Assembly: GCA_951406725.2 (NCBI GenBank)
Contig: OX597820.1
Location: 43,896,001-43,960,000, forward strand
Reading direction: 5' to 3'
DNA from: Octopus vulgaris
Taxonomy: Eukaryota
Length of the DNA stretch: 64,000 nt
The translations under genes were made by a program, and so were the position numbers. The notes beneath the pieces were generated by a model, which was not told the DNA's origin, did not search any database, and worked only from the letters and a program-made list of their open reading frames with translations. Every line of letters begins with the position of its first letter. Position 1 is the first letter of the stretch. Positions 13,493 to 26,650 of this stretch are shown piece by piece.

Positions 13493-13900
13493 TAAGTAAT
13501 GAGAAAATTGCATATACTTCACCTTGATTGTGGTGTCAGATTCATATACTGGAATAATACGCTAACTGCCTCGGAAACTAACTATCACAAAACCTGAACG
13601 TACATACATAACAAACTTCAATTCAGAGACCATAAATGAAACAGTGAAAATATGTAAAATATTCAAGAAGTTTAAGTATATAGTAAGTATATATGCAGGT
13701 GTATAGACATACAAACATATGTATATTTGCACATGCAGATTAGCCATGCAATGACATGCATTGAGCGAGCACACGTTTAAAACTACGAATTGGATGTTGT
13801 CTCGATTGCAACGAGTCTTGTTTGTAACTTGAACCCTGACCTACTGTCTCTCGTTCTTTCTTCAGTTGCTATCATTCTCTCTCTTTCCCTTTTCTCTTCT

Positions 13901-13935
<35 letters not shown>

Positions 13936-14332
13936 AACTCTCTTTCTATTGGCGATAAATTTAGAAAATTTAGAAAATAAAATCAGAATATACATAAATA
14001 CATGATGATTATATAATATTCTGGAAACGTGTTAAGAGAAATATGACGCCAGTAGTCTTAAACTCGTATATTCAGAGATAAACACGTATAATTCAAGATA
14101 AACAGTTATCATATGAAGAAAGATAGGAATAGAGATCAGCAACTCTATAAAGATATGAAGATATGAATAGAGATCGGACTTTCACGTATAAATAATATTC
14201 AATACAGGCTACACGTGATAAAACCACATAAATCTCACACATATAAAACTGCGCCTTAGGAATGGTCTTCACCATTAACGACACTAACATACATGTGCAC
14301 ATATAAGCAGAGAGAGAAGAAAATAAAAGTGT

Positions 14333-14407
<75 letters not shown>

Positions 14408-14410
<3 letters not shown>

Positions 14411-14532
14411 TCTGTGAATCTGTGACGGAATTGTCGGCAATTATATCCACATATATACACAAGTCCGTTACTAAAATTACTTGCATCAATGTAACGACAT
14501 ATATCAAGTGTGTGTCTGTGTGTGTGTGTGTA

Positions 14533-14592
<60 letters not shown>

Positions 14593-14691
14593 ATCTGTGA
14601 ATCTGTGACGGAATTGTCGGCAATTATATCCACATATATACACAAGTCCGTTACTAAAATTACTTGCATCAATGTAACGACATATATCAAG
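14408..14691. repeat. Direct duplication of a ~100-bp unique segment plus (TG)n, period 183 bp
   Basis: 14409-14508 is identical to 14592-14691 by eye. Confidence 0.9.
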
Positions 14692-15009
14692 AGAAATCGT
14701 CCCGCAAATTCACTTAAATGTGTAGGGTAATCGAAGTGCATATGTAGATGGTGAGTAGATATACATACACAAACACATACGCACATACACATATGCATAC
14801 TATATATAGTTTATTTGGCTTGTGTCTGAGCGCGGTGTGTGTTAGGACTCCCAACATGTTGTTTGAAAATAATCGTTTGAAGTATACAGAATATTAAATG
14901 TTGAATACAAATGTTCATTTAATTCATACACATACACACACACGTACACATACCCGTATTATCAAAACTAGCAGTCATATAGCCACAGATGCATACATGT
15001 ATGTGTGTG

Positions 15010-15069
<60 letters not shown>

Positions 15070-15076
15070 TATATAC

Positions 15077-15193
<117 letters not shown>

Positions 15194-15225
15194 CACATAC
15201 ACAAACATTATATACATATATATAT

Positions 15226-15552
15226 TGAGACCGCCTTCGGTCATGATTGACCATGGGATTGCACCTAGAAAGATACCCTCCCAAGCACAAGTCCGGGTAA
15301 GTTTGTTTATGAAAACCAGCAGTCGTCCATGCATAGCGGCCTCCACTTATCCACGCCACCAGTGTTATCCAAGGGAAAGGCAACAACCGATACAGCTTGG
15401 CACCTGTGACGTCGCAACTCATTTCTACAACTGAGTGAACTGGAGCAACGAGAAATAAAATGTCTTGCTCAAGAACAAAACACGCAGCACGGTCGGGGAT
15501 TCGAACTCACGACCGCATTATCGTAAGCTCGACGCTCCAACCACTGAGCCAT
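15226..15552 (-). mobile_element. tRNA-derived SINE, family C
   Basis: Minus-strand head ATGGCTCAGTGGTTGGAGCG..GTGAGTTCGAATCCC (A and B boxes), followed by CORE-like TTCTTGAGCAAGACATTTTATTTCTCGTTGCTCCAGTTCACTCAG. Preceded by (TA)n, with another (TA)n about 30 bp downstream. Confidence 0.8.
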
Positions 15553-15578
15553 AAACAAACGTACACAAACACAAAACA

Positions 15579-15668
<90 letters not shown>

Positions 15669-15849
15669 CGTGTATGTGCGTATAAATAAATATATAAACA
15701 AACGCATACCTACACATATATGCACACATGTATACACATACATAAATATATGCGTGTGTGGGTGTGTGTTTGTGTCTGTATGTCTGTGTGTCTGTGTGCC
15801 TCTGTGTGTATGCAACTTTTATCTTTTAGTTATTTGTTATTAGATACCG

Positions 15850-16285
15850 ACTATGCTGGGGCACCGCTTTGAAAAATTTTAGTCGAATGAATTGTCTCCG
15901 GTACTTCTTTTATTTCAAACGTGGTACTTATTCTATCGTTATTTTGCCGAACCGCTAATGTTACAGTGACGTAAACACACCAACACCGGTTGTCAAGCGG
16001 TGTTGTGGGACAAATACAGAAATAATACACACACACACACACAAACACGCACACATTCGCACACACGTACACACACACACACACATATATATACACACAT
16101 ATATATATATACATATATACATACATATATATTCTCCTATTGCCTTGGGACGACCAAAGCATTGTGTGTGGATTTGGTAGATGAGAACTGAAAGAAGCCA
16201 GTCGCATATATATAAGGCAAAAGGAGAAGACACTCGCTCAAGGTGCCACGCAGTGATTGAGCCTACCACTCAGCCGCGCCTAGAC

Positions 16286-16380
<95 letters not shown>

Positions 16381-16832
16381 AATATAAATACGATGGGTCT
16401 CTTTCAGTTTCTGTCTACCAAATCCACACACAATACTTTAGTCGTCCGAAGGCAAAAGGAGAAGATAAGGTGCCATGCAGTGATTGAGCCTACCACTCAG
16501 CCGCGCCTACACACATACATACATACTATAGCCTCGGGCCGACCAAAGCTTTGTGAGTGGATTTGGTGCACGGAAACTAAAAGAAGCCCGTCGTATATAT
16601 GTGTGTGTGCGTGTGTGTGTGTATATGTGTGTCTGTATTTGTTCTTCCACCATCGCTTGACAACCAATGTTGGTGTGTTTACGTCCCGGTTACTTGGCGG
16701 TTCGGCAACAGATCCCGATAGAATAAGTACTAGGCTTACAAAGGATAAGCCTTGGGGTCGATTTGATCGACTAACGGCTGTGCTCCAGCATGGCCGCAGT
16801 CAAATTACTGAAACAAATAAACGAGTAAAAGA

Positions 16833-16835
<3 letters not shown>
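15850..16835. mobile_element. Cluster of family B SINE copies in opposite orientations
   Basis: Minus-strand pieces at 15850-16030, 16215-16285 and 16390-16510; plus-strand pieces at 16138-16205 and 16525-16835. Confidence 0.8.
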
Positions 16836-16864
<29 letters not shown>

Positions 16865-16909
16865 TCTTTTACTCGTTTATTGATATATATATATATATAT
16901 ATATATATA

Positions 16910-17190
16910 CTTTATTTAAAGCAGCAGAAAATTCTACAAAACTTGTTACTCTGAGTTTCACGTTGCCGTTCATCGGACAGTTTTTGCTAGAATAGAACCG
17001 ATACGTCAATTCTATCCAGATATCGGTTCTGTTCTAGCAAAAGCTGTCCGATTAACGGCAACGTGAAACTCAGAGTAACAAGTTTTGTAGAATTTTCTGT
17101 TGCTTTAAATAAAGCATATTACTCTACCACTGGTATTTGAGTACTCTTTGTTTCCACCTTGTTTCACATTTATGTGTTTACTCCGGTATA
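16910..17190. mobile_element. Asymmetric fold-back element (probable PLE pseudo-LTR in inverted arrangement)
   Basis: ~93-bp arms at 16910-17002 and about 17021-17114, plus an unpaired ~75-bp extension. Lies between (TA)n and (GATA)n. Arms carry CCGATGAACGGCAACGTGAAAC. Confidence 0.65.
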
Positions 17191-17195
17191 TATAG

Positions 17196-17280
<85 letters not shown>

Positions 17281-17299
17281 TAACAGAAAAGAGGAAGTT

Positions 17300-18990
17300 C
17301 AACTATCCCCACGTAGTGAGTTGTAATATATATAAGAAATTAAAAAAGGAAAATACGCACACTTACATAGTTTTAATATAACTTTTAATATATCGACCGG
17401 TTTCGCAATCGCTATTTATAATATTATGTTTTATTTATTTGAAAATGTATTTTTTCTGAAGAAGAAATTTTGTCCATGTTGTATGTGATGAAATCCACGA
17501 GCAAATGACTTCACAAGTAGATAAATAAGGGGGGGGGGGGGTTAATTGGTTATCGCTATTATTGTTATTGTTGGTGTAAGAGAGATAACTGTTCAGCTTT
17601 CGGTAATGGGAAGGGAATATATATGTACAGACAAAACAAGTTTCGAAAAGCTTGTTTAGTGAGGGGATTTATGCACAGTGATGTAATCGTGAATTAAGAT
17701 ATGTAAAAAGATAAAAGATGGTTATGCGTGCATATTAAGGCGTGTTCTGTACTTGTCAATGAAAAAGTTTCTTTATTTAAACGTTCTTGTGGAGATATTG
17801 TGTCTTTGCACTGATAGAAGGGGAAGACTGTGAAATTTAGTTTGATGTTATCTGCACATTTTCCTATATGTTCACTGAGAGGAATTTGCCTGTATTGCGG
17901 GAAGCGGATTTGCTCTTTATATAGAGTGGTTCTCTTTCTCAAAGTCATACTCGTTTGTCCAATATAGTAGTGTCCGCAGCCCGAGCAAGTTTTTATATAA
18001 ATTAGGTTCTCAGAGGCACAAATGAAACTAGTTTTAATTGTGAACCTCTGTCTTTGTTTGAAAAGGAAATCCGAGCCTTCAAGAAGGTTGGGGCAGGTTC
18101 CACAGTTTGGGCGTCCACATTTTTCAACTGTTGGTTTCGTGGTTGTTTTGTCAAGCTTCGTGTTTGTTAGTAGTCTCTTTAGCGATTTGTCTTGTGCATT
18201 TGATGAGTTTGTGTGTTTTGAGGATGTCATTCATTTTTGGATCTCTAGTTAGTAAAGGAAGAGTTTGCACCATAGTGTTGAATGCCTCACTGTTTCTGGG
18301 GTTGTGTGTTGATATAAATAGTAATGTTTTGAGTTGAGGTGTGGTGATTTGTTTTGTTGTTCTTAGTGTTTTTGTGTCTAATTGTTTGGTACGTTTAATT
18401 ACCTCGTCAATAAGTGAGGGTGGGTATTGTTTTTCAATAAGCGCTGTTTTGAGGTCTTGAAGACGAAGGTCCCAAGTTGTTCTATCAGATACTATTGTGC
18501 AAATCCTTTTTGCCAAATTGAAAGGGATATTTATTTTGATATGTTTCGGTTGGCATGAGTTAAAGAGGAGATATTGTTTTGAATCAGTTGTTTTATAATA
18601 GATGTCAGTTACGATTTCATTGTTAACTTTTTTTATAAAGATGTCTAAAAATGGGAGTTGTTCTGTGTTATATTCCATTGTGAATTGAATGTTACTATTT
18701 ATATCATTTAGTGTTGATTTGAAATCCAAAAGTTTGTCGATGTTCTCCTCCCAAATGATAAAGCAGTCATCTAGGTATCTCTTCCAATTTTCTCTTATGT
18801 AGAGGTAAAATGGGTAAACATATTTCTGAAGTAATACTTCATATAAGGTGAATTAAAAATAACCCATTATTAGGTTCGCAAGAACAGGAGCTGCTTTCGT
18901 TCCTATCTCAATTCCGCAATTTTGACGATAGTATGTGTCATCAAATAGGAAATAATTGTTCTGAAGTATACATACGGGAGTAATATCTTT
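17300..18990 (-). mobile_element. Penelope-like retroelement, 5'-truncated RT + GIY-YIG endonuclease pseudogene (Neptune-like Cys linker)
   Basis: RT motifs YYRQNCGIEIGTKAAPVLANLIMGY, WKRYLDDCFIIW, IQFTME..LPFLDI and TDIYYKTTDSKQYL; linker KCGRPNCGTC; endonuclease NLIYIKTCSGCGHYYIGQTSMTLRKR. Frameshifts present. Confidence 0.93.
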
Positions 18991-18999
18991 CTTCAGTTG

Positions 19000-19332
19000 T
19001 GAGATCTCTCTCTCTCTCTCTCTCTCTTCCTTTCTCTGTCTGTCACTCTCTCTCTCTCTCTCTTCAACCTCATAGATCTGGTTTCCCGATTTCTGTGCCG
19101 CATGATTCCACCTCAGCTGGACGGGAAGCCAGTCCATCGCAGCGTTACTCAACAAACCGGAAGAGAGAGAGAGTGAGAGAAAGTTGTGGCGAAAGAGTAC
19201 AATAGGGGTCGCCACCACCCCCTGCCGGAGCCTCGCGGAGCTTTTAGGTGTTTTCGCTCAATAAACACACACAACGCCAGGTCTCGGAATCGAAACCGCG
19301 AGTCCGCTGCCCTAACCACTGGGCCATTGTGC

Positions 19333-19335
<3 letters not shown>
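19000..19335 (-). mobile_element. tRNA-derived SINE, family D, at the 5' truncation of the PLE
   Basis: Minus head GGCACAATGGCCCAGTGGTTAGGGCAGCGGACTCGCGGTTTCGATTCC; body contains GCGATGGACTGGCTTCCCGTCCAG; (GA)n tail. Confidence 0.75.
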
Positions 19336-19368
<33 letters not shown>

Positions 19369-19400
19369 TTATATATACACACACACAAACACACACACAC

Positions 19401-19447
<47 letters not shown>

Positions 19448-19493
19448 TACACATATAATATATCTATATATATACATATATATATATACACAC

Positions 19494-19528
<35 letters not shown>

Positions 19529-19805
19529 CATACACACATGCATTTATCTATACATGTATATTATATATACATACCTATATATATCACAAAAGCACATAAA
19601 GTAACAGCCATAATTTTCTACACAACGCCGAGTCTTGCAAATAAGTATATCTATGCACACTTACACACATTTCATACACGCGTGCGCGCGCGCCTCTCCC
19701 CCAACGTACAAACAAATACTTATGTACATATATATATGTACGTATACATGCATGGGTATATATACACATACATATATATAGAGAGAAACACACACACACA
19801 CACAT

Positions 19806-19836
<31 letters not shown>

Positions 19837-20247
19837 CAAGCATACATATGTACCTATACGTAAATGGAATATGAAGGCATACGTAAATATATACATATAA
19901 GCATATACATATTTCATTCTACGTGTCTTTTGCTGTTCAAAATCTTGCACACATTATATCTTAGTTATAAGTTCTTAATAACATTTCCCAACCATATATT
20001 AATCTGTTCATGTGTACTTGCGTTTGTGTAGTAGTATATTTACACACAGAGACGTGCATATAAACATTGTGATGGATTTTTGTCTACTTTTGAAGAGACG
20101 TACGTATATTTTTCATGTCTTTTAATACTTATATGTATACAAGCATTTCTATACGTGTAAGCAGAAAATCGTATGTGTATATATATATATATTTATATAT
20201 ATAAATATACATATATATATACATACATATATATATACATATATATC

Positions 20248-20291
<44 letters not shown>

Positions 20292-20519
20292 TATACATAT
20301 ATATATGTATATATATATGTATTTATATATATGTATTTATACATATATATGTGTGTGTATATATATATATATGTATATATACATGTATATATACACACAC
20401 ATATATATGTGTGTGTATATATGTATAAATATATAAATATATACAGTCATATATATTCATATATACATATATATACGTTTGTGTGTGTATATATATGTGT
20501 GTCTGTGTTTGTGCGTCTG

Positions 20520-20550
<31 letters not shown>

Positions 20551-20668
20551 TGAAAGAAAGAGAGATACATAGATAGATAGATACATGCATACATACATAC
20601 ATATTTACATGTGGATATCTGCATATATGTTTACATATATACATCCTGCGTCTGTTTATGTTGTTGAT

Positions 20669-20723
<55 letters not shown>

Positions 20724-20784
20724 TACATAAGTATATACATATATATTTACATATATATTCACAATAGTATTTACTTAAACATAT

Positions 20785-20815
<31 letters not shown>

Positions 20816-20849
20816 TATACATAATGAGTTCATGTATGTAATACATGCA

Positions 20850-20887
<38 letters not shown>

Positions 20888-20960
20888 TTTTTCTGAATAT
20901 GTATACATACATACATACATGTACAGACACACATATAATTATGTGTGAATGTATATAATG
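19336..20960. repeat. Extended degenerate (TA)n/(CA)n/(TATG)n low-complexity region
   Basis: Read directly. Confidence 0.9.
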
Positions 20961-21257
20961 CAAATAAAAGAATCCTGGAACTGATTAGAAAACAGCGTGA
21001 CCCTCTTTATTTCAGCTGAGAACTAGCTGAGCTTCCTTTGTGTAATGTTTTCCGGAATGAAATATATAGTCGTGACTTTATTTGAAACTTTCCATATATT
21101 CTGCTTTTTGTTGGTGTTGTCATTTTTGTCAAGTTTCCTCATTACATTTCTGTAATATTTTTTTTCTCTTTCTTTCTTCCCTGCCACGTATCTATTTGTT
21201 TACTTTGAATTTTTCTAGCTGGTGAAAATTCTTATAGATTTTTAAAGATTTCCCTGT

Positions 21258-21552
<295 letters not shown>

Positions 21553-22238
21553 GTGTTATTTCAATGCGTTTATTTTATTTTTTTTTTTCTTGTCTTTCCA
21601 CTTTTCTTCTCACTAAACTTGACTCGACGTTCTTATCACAAGTTTAATGTCAGTCACCATTTTTGAAAATCTGAGCAAAAATACATATGCCTGCATACAT
21701 ACACATACTTACACACTTACTCTCTAACTCTCTCTCTCACACACACACACACATATGCACAAATATATTTATATCTATATATATATATATATATATAGAT
21801 ATAAAAACACGTGCGTTATGCCTCCGTATGTATATATGTGCGCATGAATATGTGCGTATAAGTATATATGCGCATATTTATATATGTGCGTATGTGTGTG
21901 TGTGTGTACGCGTGCATTTGTGTGCGTGTGTGTGTATGTGTAATATATATATGACTGTCTACGCTTGCATTTATATAATTTATATTTTCATATCTCGACT
22001 GGAATCATGATGCAGAAGAAAACATTTTTTTCTTACGTTAGGTATACACTTTCCACCCACGTATACGTGTGTGTGCGCGTGCGTGCGTGTGTAGAAATAT
22101 ATATGTAACACACATGCAAGCACACACACACACATACACACACGTATATATATATATATATATATATATATACGTGTGTGTGTGCTTGCGTGTGTGTTAC
22201 ATATATATTTCTACACACGCAAGCACACACACACACAC

Positions 22239-22300
<62 letters not shown>

Positions 22301-22301
22301 G

Positions 22302-22351
<50 letters not shown>

Positions 22352-23229
22352 TATGCAGACAAACATGCATCATTTTACAGTGGCGTATATTCATACATAT
22401 ATTCTAAGCGCACGTAACACGAGATTGTACGTGTGTGTGTGTGTGTGTGTGCGTGCGAGTGATTTTTGCAACTGCGAAAATGTGTTTATATAAGTTTAAC
22501 TTTAAATATGCCATGTCATATTCCTAATGTTTTTATTTGGTTTAGTCTCATAGATTCAGAACTATTTTTCAATCATTATCTACAGTAGAGAAATGATAAT
22601 AATGCTGGAGAGAAGAAAATTGAATTTTACAAAGGAGATTCCTTCTCTATTGAGATTTGGGCACGAGCTGTAAGTAGATATATTGTTTCTAATTATTATT
22701 GTTATTGTTATTATGCGCTTGTGGTAGTATTATTTGTTTTTCACACCATATCTTTAAAAGTTCCATATTAATTAATTTCAAGCAGGCACTATAAAAAGAC
22801 GAAATGAAGATTCTATAATTATTTACTTTTTCCCTCAGAGAACAAATATTTCATGCGAATTTGAATTATTTGCTTTGAATGTGATTTGTTATTTTGAAAG
22901 GGGGAGGGGTATTCTTCTGATGATTTGAACCTGACTTTCAATCTTCAGTTGTTGAGCTAGCTAATGTTTATATTTTTTTTCGTGTTTGCGCTTTCTTTTT
23001 TGCTTGTTTTTTTAAGGGTTGTTTTATTTTCTCATAGTTTTATTTCTTTCAGGTTGCGAAAACCATAATTAGGTTTCTTTAAAATGGAGAGAAATATTCT
23101 TGAAAACTCTTTAAGATAATTAATTTGATATTTACGGTTGAGCCTTTTTAATTTTTATTTTTGGGCTTTGTTTTGTGAACTAAACAATAAGAGACGATAA
23201 CCAATATTATTTTTGTAAATGTTTGAAGC

Positions 23230-23351
<122 letters not shown>

Positions 23352-23439
23352 ATTTATGTATGTACGTATAATCATTCCTTTTATTAGTTAAAAGCATATC
23401 TTCCATGTAAATCATAATAAATTTATTAGTTTATTTGTT

Positions 23440-24366
23440 TCATTTGTATTTTCATATGTTAATCAGCAGATAAGAGGAAGGTCCATCGACCTTAGCAGTT
23501 GTCTCCTATTTCTCCAGCACAGAATGATGAAACTAAAATGAAAGAGAGCTACACAAATTTAGAAATATCTCGATTTTTAAAAGTTGCCAGATCTTTCGTC
23601 TACAAAGTTTTAAGGAGCCAGAGACTAAAGGTGGAAACGTATCACCAGTATCAAAGTATAAAAAACATTCTAAACGCTCTGAAATCATCAGAACACCTGA
23701 ATTTATCCAGCAAGGTCAACAGACCATTGATTACAATCCCAAAAAGTCCATAAAGTCAATGGCAAAAGATCTCCAGGTGTCAAAAGTAACAGTCAGAAAT
23801 GTTGTCCACGAAGACATTCGATATAAGTCTTATATGTTGAGGAAAAGTCAATTTGTCAGAAAAAGCAAAAGAAAATTACTACATTAGATCTAAAAGGCTC
23901 TTAAACAAACTGAAAAATCCAGCAGAAAAAGATTTGATTTGGTTTTTCTCAAACGGAAAAAACTTCGATCAAGATCAAAATGTTAACAGAGGAGACAGGT
24001 GGTTATGTACAGACTCTTCTGAAGTTTCAAGTGTTACGCATACAAAATTTCTTGCATCTGTCATGGTTTTAGTGGTTGTCAACAATGAAGGGCATGTGAT
24101 GCCACCTTACTTTATTCTGCAAGGCTTTAGAGTTAACTCTGTCGTCTACATTGAGTTCCTGGAAATAATTCTTAAGCCCTAGCATATCCCCTAACATTTG
24201 GCCTCCTGATTCCTCAGATCTCAATCCATTGTTGAGAGAGGGGTCAATGAACACGCCCATAACACCAAAGGTTCTTTGAAAGCTACCATAGTCAGAGTAA
24301 TGTCTAAAATGGAGCGAGACCACTTGATTCGAGCATGTACATGGCTTAGATCTCATATAGAAGCAG

Positions 24367-24368
<2 letters not shown>
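23440..24368 (+). mobile_element. Tc1/mariner-superfamily (maT/DD37D-like) transposase relic with internal deletion
   Basis: HTH NLEISRFLKVARSFVYKV; RSKRLLNKLK..IWFFSNGKNFDQDQ..RWL..SVMVLVVVNNEGHVMPPYF..VYIEFLEIILKP, joined almost directly to WPPDSSDLNPL. Confidence 0.85.
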
Positions 24369-24432
<64 letters not shown>

Positions 24433-24434
<2 letters not shown>

Positions 24435-24611
24435 GCTATATTAAATCTCTGAGCGAGAAGTAAACAGTAACAGTACGGAACCGTAGAATACATTTGCCAA
24501 CTAAATGTAGCTGTCCCATTGAGAACGATGTTATTGTTGCCTGTGACTAAAAACAACAGTAACATCGTCCTCTATGGGACCGCCACATTTAGTTGGTTAA
24601 TATATTTTACG
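24433..24611. repeat. Asymmetric fold-back element between (TA)n tracts
   Basis: Imperfect ~58-bp arms at 24482-24539 and 24556-24611, plus an unpaired ~48-bp left extension. Confidence 0.8.
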
Positions 24612-24634
24612 ATATATATATATATATATATATA

Positions 24635-24830
24635 GGGAGAGTTTACGAAAAAACAAAAGACGAAGACAGGTGGTGTACAAAACAAACAGATGTATTAGTA
24701 TAACGCTCAGGAATAGAAAAAGTCTTTTACGTTTCGAGCCTACGCTCTTCTACAGAAAGGGACACAGAAAAAAACAAGGAGAGAAAAAAATGTGTGTAGT
24801 GGCTAACGATCTATCATAGCGACTGACTCG
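24635..24830 (-). mobile_element. PLE-type terminal repeat carrying a minimal hammerhead-like motif
   Basis: Minus strand 24760-24722 reads CTTT-CTGTAGA-A-GAGC-GTAG-GCTC-GAAAC-GTA-AAAG. Abuts (TA)n. Confidence 0.6.
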
Positions 24831-26011
24831 GATATAAAGAATGAACTCTCAGATTATATTTACATTTTAGGGCGAGCGCTGTCTGATCTTTATAGTAAAC
24901 ACTGACTATGTACAAATGCTTTACGCTATTAGATGTCGTCACAATCACTATTGTGCTCATGAAAAATGTTTGCTGTTCAGAAATTATATTTCACATATGG
25001 AAAAAAAAGAATTAGTTTCCTGTCTGGCCAAAGGTAATTTGCATATTTAAAAATAATGAAAAAACAAACGAAATAACTCGAGGCCAACGGCATGAATTTG
25101 AATAATTTCAAAATACCATGAATAAATTCTTAAGTTAATTTACATGCAAGCAAAAAGAAGACCTGATCGCTGTTGTAAGCAAGAGATGACTATGTACATA
25201 TGTTTTAATCTGTTACACCTCGTCAGCAATAACACAGTTTCGGCATGTATTGTGATTAGAAGGAATTACAATTTTGTGTAAACAACTGAATACAGGCATA
25301 TATATGGTGTATTCCAGACGTTTTGAGAGGAAACATTTATTAATTTCACAGAAAGTACAAACCACTGATCTACTTCCAAACAGGATCCGCTTACTTAGAT
25401 GCACTTGTGGTATCGCTCCAACCACTTCGTGAAGCCCCATGCAAACCTTCTAAAGTGAAGGTATCCAGGTCTCCTATCACCGCCTCTTTCGTCTTCACAC
25501 ACACAGACACACAGGCACAGTCATAAAACTTACATACTGAGGGATAATCAAGCAGAGAACTCCATTGATAAGAAATTATAAAGACTAGAAGCAATCCAGG
25601 AACCAAGATGTATTGTTGACACACCAGAGTGGGCTAGGTTTATTGGATAGCCAAGCGGGGATTAGAGAGTTGTACGTAAAATAAGATAAATGGATTATTT
25701 AAACTATAGCCCATTAGTAGAATGAATTTGTATGGAAGGCGGTGGAGGAAAAGTTCAACTGGTTTCAGAGGCGAAAGCTATAGAAGTCTGTGGTATTGTT
25801 AATATTATTGCTTAAGAAGATGGTATTATTAATATTATTGTTAAGCCGACATTGCCTTTCATCCTTTCGAGGTCTATCAGATTGTTAATATTATTATTTA
25901 AGGTATTATTAATATTATCGTTTACGGAAGGCGGTGGAGGAAGAGTTAAACTTCAGCTGGTTTTAGAGGCGAAAACTATAGAAGTCTGTGGTATTATTAA
26001 TATTATTGTTT

Positions 26012-26650
26012 AAGGCGGCGAGCAGACAGAATCGTTAAGCACGCCGAGCAAAATCCTTTGCGCATTTGGTCTGTGCTTAAGTTCTGAGTTCAAATTCTGC
26101 CGAGGTCGACTTTCCCTTTCATCCTTTCGGTGGGGGGCAGGTTGATGAAATAAGTACCAGTTGCGTACTGGGGATCGATCTAATTGACTGGCCCCCTCTC
26201 CAATAATTTTGGGCTTTGTGTCGAGAGTAGGAAAGAATATTATAAGAGGAAGGCGGTGAGCTAGCAAAAAGGTTAGCACGCCGGGCAAAATGCTTAGCGG
26301 TATTTCGTCTGTCTTTACGTTCTGAGGTCGACTTTACCTTTCATCCTTTCGGGGTTGATGAAACAAGTACCAGTGAAGTACGGGGATCGATGTGATCAAC
26401 TTACCCCATCTCCACAAATTTCAGGCCTTGTTTAAGGCAGTGAGCAAGCAGAATCGTTAAGCACGCCGGGGAAAATGCTTAGCGGCATTTCGTCTGTGCG
26501 TACATCCTGAGTTCAAATTCCGCCGAGATCGACTTTGCTTTTCATCCTTTCGAGGTCGATAAATTATGTACCAGTTGATCACTGGGGTCGGTATAATCGA
26601 CTTACCCACTCTCCTGAACTTGCTAGCCTTGTTACAAAATTTGAAACCAT
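26012..26650 (+). mobile_element. Three head-to-tail complete family A SINE monomers (tail type B)
   Basis: Heads at about 26013, 26252 and 26436, each with a Meta-like domain and a GGCCTTGT-type tail. Confidence 0.85.

Noticed and set aside
15480-15552. tRNA genes (also 19270-19335, 36345-36415 and the family A heads)
   Set aside because: A and B boxes are present, but there is no complete cloverleaf and each continues into a SINE body.
23440-24368. Fanzor/TnpB-type nuclease associated with the Tc1/mariner relics
   Set aside because: No RuvC or zinc-finger ORF was seen beside any of the transposase fragments.
25352-25460. Possible plus-strand exon (KYKPLIYFQTGSAYLDALVVSLQPLREAPCKPSKVK)
   Set aside because: Weak donor and no recognisable domain.
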